From NCBI RefSeq assembly GCF_001186125.1, contig NW_014040531.1:36289-100288 (forward strand): a stretch of 64,000 nucleotides of DNA, given 5' to 3'. The notes below the pieces were generated by a model, which was not told the DNA's origin, ran no database searches, and saw only the letters and a list, made by a program, of their open reading frames with translations. Shown here piece by piece: positions 13,484-27,200 of the stretch; the stretch's first letter is position 1; each line of letters begins with the position of its first letter. Made by a program: the position numbers and the translations under genes. The DNA is from Sphaeroforma arctica JP610. Its lineage: Eukaryota.

Positions 13484-16400
13484 TTACTACGTATATGCCA
13501 TCGGATTCTTCATCCTCGCCCAACGCCACCCAATCCGAGGACATTTAGAGATTTGTCCCAAAAGCGAAATTGCGAAGTTCCATTGGCAAAGCGAACTTGA
13601 TATTGTCCAGCACTCCCCAGTGTCGCATCCACCTTTGGCGGGTGGTGAGGTGCCCGGCTTTCTAGCCTGTCATGTAAACTTTCTATCATCCCACTGGTGA
13701 AGTATGTGTCGTTGTAATCAAATGCGAGAGCGTAGTCACAACCGCCAAACAGGAACTCCTCATCAGATCCCAACGCGACAACCCTTGTGTATTTGTCGAA
13801 CCTGATCTCGTCTGAACCGTCTCTCAAATCCGAGAGAAAAAATTCGCCCAGTCTACTCCTGTCTTTTGCCCTGGTCTCTTTTTGTTTTCGTTTTTCGCGA
13901 GCCGCGGACTCCATTTCGATCCGTTCTCTTGCTTCATTGGCCCTTCGTCGTACTAACTGCTCCCGCTCTCTTTCCTCGGCCATTTTTCGTGCTCGCGCGA
14001 TCTTCTCTGCTAATTCCCCTTGCGCTCTGGAAGTGGTTTACACGAGGGAAAAATACAAATTAGAGTAATTCACACTTGATAGCCTTCAAAATATTCATGG
14101 AGGCGACACAGACCTTCACTACCGTCCATAAACCATATTGATTTCAATTACCATGCTAGCAGTACATTATAATTATGAAATTAACTAGGAGAAGTGGATG
14201 CTTGATACCATCATTCACAAACCACTGAACATCTTTTAGCACCCATTTATCCTTCACCTCACCTCTTAACGCGCACATCCTGGCACTCTGCAAGTCGTTC
14301 AACGATGCTTGCGCAGGTCTTGGGCAGTTCTTCAAATTCGACATCAAAGACCTGCAGTGACAGTCTCAGTGCTCTCTCCTCATTCACCACAGACGGGTCA
14401 GCTGAACTCCTGGTACTTGCTCTCCAGTGTACGTCTGCATCGTACTCCTCTCGTGGACGCATCCGATTACGTTGATATCTCTTCGTCGTATGTACTCTGG
14501 GATTCTTCATTATACTGATAAGGTCTTCCATCGAACAATTTCGCCGAAAGAGTTGTGTATGGCCCTGTTTCGGATGTAACAAAGCCGTGCCGACAGTACC
14601 TGTAAACAGTTTTTCAAAATATAACGTGCAATCCGTATTCGAACTGATTTTTTAGTGAGAAGATGCGAAAGCTCCTGTGCGTTCGCATTTTATTGTGCAT
14701 CATTGGTGGTGCTAACACCCATGACAACAGCGAGTTCATTTTATCCTAGTTGATGCAATCTTAGAGAGAGAGGACAGATATAAAAACTTGAACCATCAGG
14801 CTAACATAGGACGAGGCATAGATCAGATACAAACTAAGATGCTGAACAAAACCAGGCTCGAACTGAATAAAAGTGGTTTCGCACATCGACACAGAGAAAT
14901 ATGGAAATAAAGTACAATAATGTATCCAGTGAACAAGATGCAAATTTGATAATTAGGCAAATATTGGCAACTACAGGAACATGCGCAGCAAAATATTGGC
15001 GGATAGAAATGAGAAAATGGACAAAGCAATGAAGTGATATCAACCACAAGGCAAGGTACACACACGCTCGGAAAGATCTTTAGCATGCGAATTGTATCAA
15101 ATACAATGTACCTAGAATGATATTATCGAAAATGAAATATAAATTGCTGACATGTTTCGTGTGATTCAAAACCGTCCGGTCACAGAAATTGACAGTAGAC
15201 AAATTGACATGAGAACAACGCAGACGTTTAAGCACACATAGGAATTTTGAAAATAGTATAGAAGTCACACTGAGACAGAATGAAAAATTGGGCGAAACCA
15301 AATTTCAAAAGCCATAAAAAAAAATCCAAGAACGCGGTAGTTCAATAAACTTGAAACCGAATAAAAACAGCATTCAATTTCAAAATTGAACTTTTTAGGT
15401 TGACGAGTACTCGCAGCATGGAAACATAGATAGACAACAGTTGGACGGTGCAAACGATAAGACTACAAAAACACGAGCAATATGGGACACTGCACAAGCA
15501 CAAGCACGGGATACAAAGGTTACCATCGGTTAGTCTGGAGTCATCGCTAACGACAAGTGAGATGCCGAATAGCCGGAAATAGATGAATGTCACGTCATTT
15601 GTAACTTCTCGTGAAGTAGATTGTGGGCAGTCAAGGGCGAAGGAATCGATCAAGGAAGGTGCTCGGGATAACACCTCAGTACTAACTACACATACTATAG
15701 GACAGATACACGTGTAAGTGCACTTAATGTCAACAGAAACGAACTCCTATTATATACACGTACGCATGCTCGATGCCTGCATATAATTTGGATATGCAAG
15801 CACGTTCAGAAAAGGAATAAAATCTACAGTGGACATGATAGTTCTAGTCGATTGTATCACCAGTAAATGAGCTCATAACAAACAAACATGCCAGTGCTGT
15901 AGTACACGTTGATTCGCACAGTTCCGCCGCCCTCTGTACTTGATCCAGAGTACTTCAGAAAGGCAATCACTCCTCGAAGTAACATTGTGCTGGGCCTCAA
16001 CCAATCCGAGTTCAGTAGCCCACGACCTCGCTTCCTCCAGGTCTAGCTTTACACCTTTCCCATGCGAAGAGATCTCATCCCTTTCCACCGAATCTTGTGT
16101 ACTTTCGAGTGTTGAGAAAGCCTCCTCCAAATCAAGTTCCTGTAATGTATTTCCTCTTCACATTTATCTAGTACCCATCCACTCGTACCTTGTACACGAA
16201 ACCGCTTAGCACAACCTCCGCCCGCACACGCCGCGACCTGGACATTTGTGAAGATCACGGTGCCTATCGGATACACTACTGAAGGTTTCATAGAGTGGTC
16301 GAAGGATGGGCGTGCGTGGAGAACCACGCCATGACCACGAGCGACCTGAATGCGATAGCACTGCCGATAGTTTAAAAGTATGGTAACAAAGCTTGCCGTC

Positions 16401-17385
16401 TGCCACTTGCAGTTCTCGAAAAAGATTCATCATTCACATTAAAGCAAAATAAACGCTGTCTGTGGAATGTTTGTGTGAGCAACAGTGATTCGAAGTTACG
16501 TCTACATCGATCCGAATATAAGCCAATAGGTGGTAGATTCGCATCAAGAAGTGCTATATGTACTTTCACCCAAGAGATATGTTCATTGAGCAATTATGAA
16601 GGCAGGTTGTCAAGATCTGCTATTCAATAACAAATCTTCGCCGACATGCTCTAACCTATAGTTAGGAGGTGGTAAAGGGGCCACTACTACTAATCGTACT
16701 AATTTTTCGGAGCTATGAGCGTAGAATACACATGACGATGGGTACTAATACACATGCTTTCACGTGTACAATACATATATACATACGTAAACCTATCCAT
16801 CTGTTGATATCCACGACACTTGTGACAATTCGATTCGCATAGGGAGACAAAAATCATAGCTGACATAGAAACTTGAACATAAGGATGCGATACCTTGAAT
16901 GCTTGTAGTTTGTATGTGCACGGCATTTGCCAGAGCATCCGTTCTCCAGGAACACCCAACCGCCATGATCGTCAGCAACGCGAACATAAGGTCCACTCTT
17001 GCTGCCTTTGTATTGTACACGTGAAGTAATGTTGTTGTCGGCTCACAGGTGTAAGAAGTGCGCGTAGCGTGTATAGGTATGCAAAATCATAAGCCGTTAT
17101 TCCCCATAAGTTCCAATACGAAACGACATGAGGTAACAACCTCAAAACGAGTAAAGAACGCAGGAAAAGCTATACATGTAACAATAGTAAGTACGCACCC
17201 TTAGATCGCGAAGGACGACGTAAATCGCATGCAACCAAGTGACCGATCCCGACAGCGTGCTCTCTGTCTAATTTGTTATCCTCTCCAGTTCGGCACGTAC
17301 TTCGGACGCTTAGTCGACCTTCATTTGGCCGGTGTGGATACTGGTATACATACACGCGTGGACCCGGCGTCGTACCTAGCGACAT
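13484..17385 (-). pseudogene. Frameshifted multi-exon pseudogene of an uncharacterised protein (N-terminal SH3-like repeats, RINVYYSTGTVGT..HPKQGHTQLFRR..NPRVHT domain, coiled coil, 'VALG' repeats)
   Basis: Exon 17385-17199 (MSLGTTPGPRVYVYQYP...DLRRPSRSK); exon 17005-16894 (GPYVRVADDHGGWVF, frameshift, MLWQMPCTYKLQAFK); about 16400-15892 (VLHARPSFD..RFRVQGTSGWVLDK, frameshift, LQELDLEE..QHNVTSR, frameshift, VIAFLKY..VRINVYYST); 14599 to about 14262 (TVGTALLHPKQGHTQLFRRNC..NPRVHTTKRY); about 14040-13484 (coiled coil, RVVALGSDEE, frameshift, WVALGEDEE). At least four frame changes are needed to keep the motifs continuous. The gene may extend to about 12911. Confidence 0.7.
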
Positions 17386-18556
17386 AGTAGTAAGCAGTAT
17401 CAAAGTAGTTGTCTGTTGTTAATGTCAAACTGGCTACACGAAAGTATAATTGATTCCGAATCCCAACGAAGTACTGGTATGAACATAGGCTGCTCTGAAA
17501 TCTGGCCCCACGAAAGTAAAGGGTCAAAACCCAACAGCCATTCATGAAGAATACCCTACTTCTACTACACTTGTTGCCAGTCGTTAGCCAATACAATTGA
17601 AGATATAGAAAGAGACTGCCACTTCTATTAAAGTAATATCGATGGCAAATGTTAAACATTTGATATTTATTGGTGCGTGATATCAAGTTTGCAATACCTC
17701 TCGTAAGGTTCTATTCTAAGCTACAGCAAACGCCACGGGTCTACTAGTCTAGAGGGAGGGTAGTTCTATTATGAGAGCGGCTACACAGTACACATCCATA
17801 GCCTCCTAAATAGTACAGGGTATAGTGTAAACAGTATATAGTGGGTCGTGCTACAGACAACATCCGATTTCGCGGCAAGCTCCAATTAATGAGCTATGGA
17901 GACTTTTATGAGGCCTTAGTGAGTTGTTCAGTAACATAAACACGTTCCCTGAGGTATCGATACTCAGCTCACGACAATGGTGTTTGTTTTCGTCAGTTAA
18001 GTAATACGCGCCGTGGGGATACAGTGCTATTCTCACTGTATCTTTACATGCTGTTTTTTCATGCCCATCCCACACTTAGAATTGAGCCACGCATAGTAGA
18101 AGATATAATTCGGTATGTGATGATAGGCTCGATATGAAAATCATTTTGTAGTGATAATATAGGTATTGCGTCGTAAAAAAACGGCACTTCGTTGAGCATC
18201 GCTAGTACTCCCTTTCGGATGAAGACTGACTGTGCTTAGTATGGGCTCGCATATATTGCTAAGCATGCTACCGCACATTTAGTGTGTGTATGATGGGTTA
18301 TGCCTAAATTTGTTTCTGATCGCGAGTGTGGAATCCATTTATTTGGAGGCAACATGTCGAGTCGAGTCAACAAACGAGCTTAATTCGCACTAGTCTAGGA
18401 CAGTTGCACACCAATGCAATTTGATAGTACTATGATTGAAACTAATTGTGTCTAAGCTTATAGATAGAAATGAGTTGTATAGGGATATTGTCTTGTTGGC
18501 AATCTCACAGGGTATACTAGGTATTCAAATAAACAGAAGTTGACAAGACGACCAAC

Positions 18557-18624
18557 CTTGAATGTCTGGAGGTTGTAAGTGCACGGTATTTCTACGAGCA
18601 TCTGTTGTCCATATTGTTTCTCGA
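18557..18624 (-). pseudogene. Truncated paralog fragment of exon 2
   Basis: EKQYGQQMLVEIPCTYNLQTFK followed by a GT donor, matching MLWQMPCTYKLQAFK|gt at 16894. Confidence 0.65.
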
Positions 18625-19819
18625 GGAGTTGGGGCGGCAGTTAATAACATGGCAACTGCTTGTGGTATTTTTGCCTGGTGACATTATAGTGTATAAAAGT
18701 GTATGTCACCTTTAGTATAGCACCCCCAGGACCACTTGTTTATTACTGATTTTTTCAGATAGTGGTGATGATGGCGACACGCCGACGCCTGCTGTTCCTT
18801 TAGTCAGCCAATTAAAATGACGCGTCAGTCAGTACGCAGTCGGAAGCACAGGCTCGATTGTGGTATCAATGACACAGTTATCGAACCTCTGCTCTACGCA
18901 CCGTTAATCAATACAGATACAAATCTAAGGCTGCAACTTGCCATTGGAATTTTGCAATGGGTTGTGCTGATGAGTGTTAATTGCTCTGGTAGCATCGGGT
19001 CAAATTGGAAGCATGCTTGACATCCAGTGTTCGTGTTTATGTCTTTTGTGATATGCACGGCTGTTTTATTTAATTGGATTGGCGAGAGGCAACCAATACG
19101 ACACTTGCACTACCCTCACATGTGTACCAGCTAGCATTCACCCTCGGACAACGAACGGGTCTGCCTTTAGTAGTGCACTGAGCTAGTGCTTCTCGAGCAA
19201 GATAGCAGTATATTGAAACTCGGTGGGGATTCCCTTTAGCTGTCATTGTAAATACTAACTGACCAGTGCACACGGCTCAACAAACTGAACCATAAAACCA
19301 AAAACAATGCCTTCCTTGGGGCACTATTTACAATGCCGAACTGAAGACTGCCATAGCAAAGTGACAATGGAATTGTGCCAAGATCTACAATCAGATCGGA
19401 CTCAACCTTTCTTCCCCCCGAAGCTTCCCCCAGCGTACGGTGCAAGATATGCCTCATCGAGACCCGCAGACAAAAAATGAAATACTTTACCCTCGTATCT
19501 GTGGTTGGTTTGTTCCACCCTCATATCTGTGGTAGGATTGTGTGTGCTTATGTACGTGCAGTTATACACTCTGCAGAAACGCCAGGCTAATACCGTCCGC
19601 TCTGCTTTCGGTGTGACTTGTGCACATTCAACTCACTGCAGCGCGCTGTACAGGATGTGATACGGCAATAGTATTGCTTGACTTATTGTGCATCCAAAAA
19701 GCATTCCTCCAGGGGCGAATGAGCTATTTTTAGGTTGTATCGGCCTTCGGCAGGATAAACTCAGCGACCACTTGTATACTAACACCAGTGCCTGCGATAG
19801 GCAGGGGTGTGTGCTTTAA

Positions 19820-20295
<476 letters not shown>

Positions 20296-20565
20296 GTCAA
20301 AACTAGGAAGAAAAATTCAATAGTCGAGGGCAAACAAACAAAGCGATGTACACAATAAACAAGGACACAATAGTATGTACGGCTATGGCGTGTTTAGATT
20401 TGGTATTGAAGGTTCGTTTGGTTTATGTTCGCATTGGGAAGCCGTATGATGACATATCCGTGGACGGAGTTTGTTCTAATATAGTAGAGCCACTAACGAT
20501 CAACTGTTGCTCTTGAGTTCATTACGCAAGTATGACCAACAATGACAAATCCCAAACCAACCTAC

Positions 20566-21046
20566 CTTGAAGGCCTGTAGTTAATGCAAGGCACTTCCGC
20601 GAGCACCTGTGTTCCTTTAACCTTCCCAAATAGCCAACCACCTTGATTATCCGCGACGCGAAGAAAGGATCCATTCTGGCTGTCTACGTGGTACGAAAGT
20701 AGAAGGAAACCAATAGAAGCCCGTAATAATACGAACAGGTTTTTCGATATGCATCAAATTCGATAGTCCGGCACTATAAAACGTTAGAATGACAAGACAC
20801 GATACATCAGAGCAGAGAATCTGGATAAGTATAGAACGCCTCAAATTCAAACAGTTATTGCTTAATTTTAACAATTGAAGGACGACTTAGGTCAATCGCA
20901 ACCAGTTGGCCCTTGGCAACTGAGTGTTCTTTACGTAGTTTGTTATTGTCTGCAGTTGAGGGCGTACTACTCACGCTTATGAAATCCCCAGTGCCCTGAT
21001 ACTTGTATACGTGCACACGGGGCACAGGTGTTGCACTTGAAGACAT
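20566..21046 (-). pseudogene. Paralogous relic of exons 1-2 of the 17.4 kb pseudogene
   Basis: MSSSATPVPRVHVYKY..DNNKLRKEHSVAKGQLVAIDLSRPS aligns with exon 1 at 17385. Exon 20683-20566 (SQNGSFLRVADNQGGWLFGK..LAEVPC, frameshift, LQAFK|gt) aligns with exon 2. The exon 1 donor appears lost (TTAAGC). Confidence 0.75.
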
Positions 21047-22509
21047 TGTTGTAGCTGTCACAATGATATAAACATCAATAATCGAGATGTCACACTACAT
21101 CCTATATGTAAATATATAATTTTATACAACACGTGAGTATGATATTAATAAATAGATGGACAATTATAGTACCATATAGTACATACATAAAAAACACGGT
21201 ATGGCGAAACCCAACAAACTTTGGGAGTCTCTGACTCGCTTGGCCCCTGGTTACCCCTGAACCCTGGGGTACTCTGGACTCTGGACCCTGGAGTCTCTAG
21301 TAGAGTCTCTGGTAGCCTGGGGTTAGGGGTATGTGGTGAGGTACCGAATACCGACTACCGTAGTACCAGGCTACCAGCAGTGATTGTGGCGCGTCTATTG
21401 CACAAAACCAATAGACCATATGTAGCCTCCTAAAATGTCTTCGTATTTTATTAGGTTATAAATGTATGTAATAAAATAATAACAATACAGCGAGTTTAAA
21501 ATTTTGATGGCACGGGACTAGAGCTGGGCAGCTGTTAAAACACGCATAAATAAATACAATGCTCACAACTACAAATTAATCTCTACTGACGTGTCCTGAG
21601 TGTACTAGAAGCCATTATTCGTGTAACAAAGATTTGTATAGCCAGAGCGAGGCCTGTCTAACGATATTTTATCGTATCATTAAAATATCGTGAACCCGGG
21701 TTACGCCATTGTAATACCTTTTGCGTTGTATATAGCGTGGACTAATGATAGCTAACTGGCCCACCCAGTCAGCGAGTCTACTCTACTGATAATTTCATCA
21801 TCCCGCATTTAGATTTTTGCAGTAGTTAGCTATAGACAATCAACTGACAGCATTGTGGACAATGATAGTCGTATACACCATGTATATACATCAGCCGGTC
21901 AGCTGGTGGCAGCCCCATATGTACATTATCTAACATGAACTGGAACCACAATGTTTCTGAATCCTCGTATCGCAGCAGAATAATGGCTTCAGTGTTTAGC
22001 ATGAAAGGACAATAGTGCTAATGAGCCGATCTTAGACAACTAGACTACCTATATAACATTCTGGTGTTGGTTACATAGTGCGTCATCAGTAAACAGTTAT
22101 AGACATAACGGGATAATGAGGCTTCCAAACTGCTAGTCATATTGGAGTTCTCAGATTAAACAATTTATTGATTTTTTATGTATTAAAATATCTCACATTA
22201 TATAAATACTTAAAAGTAATTCTTTTAACATACAGAATTCCAATAATGCAACAACAAAAACATATTTATTCAGTTGCACATGGCCGAATACCTAGTAGGA
22301 CGTCGAAATTTATAATACCACTAGACCCATTATTCAGATATATTGAAGGCATCTGAAGCTATACAAATGTAACAATAGATGTGTAAATACACCAGATGCT
22401 ATTAAAACTGGTCATGTATGCTTCATGTTTCCGTATGCTTTCTTTTGTGTAGCAGCATTCTAATGTCATACTGTTGCAACAGGTCTAGCTCTAGGTTAGT
22501 ACACTTATA

Positions 22510-22568
22510 CTACAGAACTCTGTGGCGAATAGAAGCCATTCCATGACCATTCATTTGAAAGCGTAGTC

Positions 22569-22599
<31 letters not shown>

Positions 22600-22760
22600 A
22601 CTACAGAACTCTGTGGAGAATATAAGCCATCCACTGACCATTCATTTGAAAGCGTAGTCATATATATATATACATATATATATGTATATATATATATTAA
22701 TATATATATAAATATATACATATATTTATATATGTATGTATATATATATATATATATATG
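22510..22760. repeat. Short tandem duplication (about 60 bp unit plus TA tract, x2) and (TA)n
   Basis: ctacagaactctgtgg.gaata.aagccat.cca.tgaccattcatttgaaagcgtagtcatat at about 22510 and about 22601. Confidence 0.8.
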
Positions 22761-23130
22761 ATTTAACCATTCAACAGCAGATCTGATCAACTGAAAGCAA
22801 CTGTAGTCATTCAGCTGCAAGTTGGACAAGACCGTGTAATAGCAATCATGCTGACAGTCACAGAATGCAGTTACTCATATTATTTAAGGCTTTATCGCGT
22901 ACTTAGTCGTAAGCATGCCCAGCTGGATCATTTAATATAGTATACAGCACTCCGAGAGATGGCATGTATATTGGTTAGTACCGCTCGTTCTCGCCAACTA
23001 TTGAGTCGATAAACACTTAAAACGATTCTCCATAGTTCAATAATCGAATCACATACGTCTGATTGTGTCCCCACACAATGTGGACACGTATACATTCTCT
23101 GTTTAAAACAGCTTTAGATCACCTATCACG

Positions 23131-23205
23131 CTGTATTCGACCCCTGTAACCTTTCTCACCGTTGTGGCCTGACTCGAGTGGCAGGAACCATTTCCAACTT
23201 GGCCC
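23131..23205 (-). mobile_element. Possible tRNA-derived SINE head relic
   Basis: The minus strand reads GGCCAAGTTGG (A-box-like), then about 50 nt, then GGGGTCGAATAC (B-box-like). No cloverleaf is evident. Confidence 0.3.
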
Positions 23206-23965
23206 TCAGTACGTCAGGTCACGCAACAATGTATGGGATCTTTACACTACATGGTATTAACAGTAATACATTCAACAAAGTAAGAGATCTTTTCACTACA
23301 TGAAATTAACAGTATTTCATTAGTAGAAAGATTGTCGTCGCGATGCTGCTGCGGTGTGAGATGTGTTAGACGGGAGGGCCGTGTAAATACAGTTTTCGAA
23401 TTTCGCGCCAAAATTGATATTTTAGCCGGCGAGAAGTCTGCGCGTGCAATTTATTTATTTATTTTTTGTCCTTCCAAATCACTTTCTAATTTTTCATAGA
23501 AAAAAGTGATATTTGGCTTCGCGGCTTTCGTAAATTTAAAATATGAATGTCAATGATGTTTTATATTTATTGCCGCTTTATAAGTATCATCAGTCGAATA
23601 TGAAACACCAGACAGTTTTATATCTTGTCGTATGTTTTTATTAACTCTTAGAGCAAACCAAAAACCATGATGAATGATTCGTCACAACGAAACAGTTTTA
23701 AATATAGAACACCCACGCAACCATAAGGTGTGTATGAATAGAATTTAGAATTGCAGCCGTAATACAAATTCTGCAAGCTCATATCGTACCGTACTGTTAT
23801 ACTATCCTTTAGGAATAGGATATAAACTGCCGCCCTGAGTAAATCTACAGTTCCTCCAAACTACTGTAGCATTCGTGGCATACATTCTAGTAGTATTGCG
23901 CTCACCTGTGTGTGGTCTTCACTAATTGTAATTGTATACACAGCTAGAGATATATACTAAACAAG

Positions 23966-24221
23966 ATGGCTGACAAGCTTACCCGTGTAGCTATTGTATC
24001 TTCGGATAAGTGCAAGCCTAAACAATGTCGACAGGAATGCAAAAGGTCTTGCCCAGTCAATCGAATGGGTAAGAATTGTTTTAATGTGCAGAATGTCTTG
24101 CGATCGAATATATCGATCCCCTTTTTCCTCTACTTCGAATATGGATGGTCATTTGAGGTAATTTGGAGCCGCATGTATATATATATATATAAGTATGTAT
24201 GTATGTATGTATGTATGTAAT

Positions 24222-24254
<33 letters not shown>

Positions 24255-27200
24255 ATAATATATATATATATATATATGTATGTATGTGTGTGTGTGTATG
24301 CATATATAAATATCTATATATATATATATATGTATAGATAAATTTATCTATCTATTTATTATTATTCTATATATATATATATATATATATATTGATATGT
24401 GTGTGTGTGTGTGTGGGCCTTTTTCGGTAGAGTGGAACGTACTGAAAATTTCAGTCTTGATTTGTTTTATGGACACGTGTATATGCTTCAATTTAGTCGT
24501 AGTATCGTATGAGCGCGTCTGCATTGCACTGGCGATCCACTTTGACATGTAATGTGTCCGCAAATTCGAAGTTGGATCGCCTACATTGTGTTTAATTTCT
24601 ACAATTGTGTCTTATGTGTCGTGCCGATTTGGACGAAATGTGAAGATTTGTTTCTCGTCCAGTCGCTACATTTGTGTAACCTTGATGTTGTCCGTCTTTA
24701 GGGCAATTGTATAGCATCAGCACAGCGATGTGTTCTTGCATAAAACGAAACGCGACTGGAGACGCATATTCATTCTTTAAAATACGTGTTTCGGTGTTTG
24801 TTCAGTTCATGTCCTGGTAAAATAGTGGTGCAGGGTGTATAGCTGTATATGGACTGGCGCATATATTTTATTATAGCTAATTAAGCTTTATCATCGTATT
24901 TTTCATGCTTCTCAGTAACTTCGACGGACGTTTGAGTATCGTGCCCCTAGCTTGCATCACTGTGTACGAGATACAATATATGTAACTAATTTATGACACA
25001 CCATTTCAAAGTTTACTGGATAGAACTTCCTTGCGGTAGCTTCGTATCTGCATTGTTTTACCATTGAACACCACGTTCTATCCACTGCTATTTAGGTAAG
25101 CTCTGCATTGATGTCACCCCTGCCGCCAAGTGTAGTATCATCTCAGAGCCCTTGTGCATCGGTTGTGGTATCTGTGTAAAGGTAAGTTTATGCAATTCGA
25201 GTTTAAAACATCAATTTGAACCGCGTTTGTATGTCTTGTCGTTTGTGTGCATGAAGTGCACATGAGGTCTTCCGAGAGTAATTGGTCAATGATATCCACG
25301 CAGACTTTTTTTTGTCGATGGGACTTAGAGTTTTTTTTGGACGTGAATAAAGCTCTCATAGCATTTGTGTGGTCGCATATTGGGCGGACGATGTAGTACT
25401 ATATGTTCGATAACCAGTAGAATGTTCACGAGGCCGTGTTGAATAAAAACTATTGGCTCAAATTTGGGCGATCAACTTGGTAATTTGTCCCTCTTAACCA
25501 CATCAGATGCATGCCAATCTCAGTTCACTAAAGCCAACAAAGAGTCATTGATTGTTGACCCTCCATCAAAACTTGGCGTCCACAGAAATGCCCGTTCGAT
25601 GCGATCAACATTATCAATTTGCCGAAAAATCTAGAGAAGGAAGTGACGCATAGATATTCCCAAAACTCCTTCAAGTTGCACAGGTATGTTAAGTTCTGCT
25701 GCGCGTGTGCACACAAAGACGCCTTGGCGGATATCACTACACCACTCAATACGACTGCTGATCGTACTTCTTGTACATGTGTGATACGGCGATGTCGTAC
25801 GCATATAATATTCTGCTGTTATCTTGGCAGGACGAACTAGTGGATTTATCGGTTGGTGCGTGCTTTTTGTAGTTGTACATACACTGTGTGCACTGCTGAA
25901 CAGACAGAAATCACTCTCACATATCAATGTGTAGTCGAAGCACTCCACTATTGCTCGACTCTGTTTAATTGAATTTATCGGTTTTCACAGCCTTCTTGTA
26001 AGTCGTCAATTTAATAATGTTTGCCCAACAATGCACGGCTTCGATTGATCGCCCAATTCCCCTGCACCTCCATCGCTCACAGATTGCCTATGCCTCGTCC
26101 GGGCCAAGTTTTAGGTCTTGTAGGTACAAACGGTATCGGTAAGAGTACAGCGCTGAAGGTGCTTGCTGGTAAAATGAAGCCCAATTTGGGACGATTTGAT
26201 AGCCCCCCAGACTGGGTGGAGATTATCCAATATTTCCGTGGTAGTGATCTGCAGAATTTCTTCACTAAGATTCTGGAAGAGGACATCAAAGCGGTAGTAA
26301 AGCCACAGTACGTAGATCACCTACCCAAGGCTGTTAAGGGTATGTATGTGTAGGGGTGAGAGAGCTTAGATGTATGTGAGGGGTTCATTTTATCTGTAGC
26401 GCTAGCGCACGGATTTGATATATATGGATGTAGTGTCCCGCAATCAGCGACACTAGTATCGCACGAGAAATCTTAATTCACTCTGGATGAAGCGCTTTTC
26501 TGGTCCATGCACGCAGTACTGTATTCACTGATGGATTTAATCGTTCGTGTCTAGGAAGCGGAGTATGGATATGTATGGCTATTGGAACATACATACGAAA
26601 CAGGAGAAAATATTCGTATATCTCTTCGGTGTACATGTGCGTTTGACTGCACGATAATACGGATTCACACTTCAAATGTCAGCGAAACGGGACTCAATTC
26701 TCAACTGATACCCATACAGGTACCGTGAAAGCCATCCTTACGAGAAAGAATGACCGCGACGTTCTGGATGAAACTTCTGAACTATTGGATCTGCAGAAAG
26801 TAATGGATCGTGATATCGCTGTCTTGAGTGGAGGAGAGTTACAACGATTCGCCATTGGAGGTACGGGTGGCGATAAGTATGGGAGTCCATAGTGACTTGC
26901 AATACGCATAATCACTATCTATGGCATTAATAATGTTTGTTAGCCTTACTGGGCAATTTGGTAGTGACTGGCAATGTCTTTGAATGCTATCTATAATGTT
27001 AGTTTGCCTTATTGGGCAATTTGGTAGTGACTGGCAATGTCTATGAATGCTATTTATAATGTTAGTTTACCTTATTGGGCAATATGTATGGTTATCACGT
27101 ATCACTGTCCTCGTGAGATGTTGTTCAGGATGCATCTATTCTGTGCATTGTGGGTATATGACGAACATATGCACTATGATGGTATGCTACTTTTTTGAAA

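Noticed and set aside
18817..19720. Short ORFs, including a CxxC-containing one at 19375
   Set aside because: No consistent frame or recognisable domain; possibly a TE relic, but unsupported.
23660..23840. Candidate C/D snoRNA (ATGATGA near 23667)
   Set aside because: No suitably spaced D box, terminal stem or recognisable rRNA guide.
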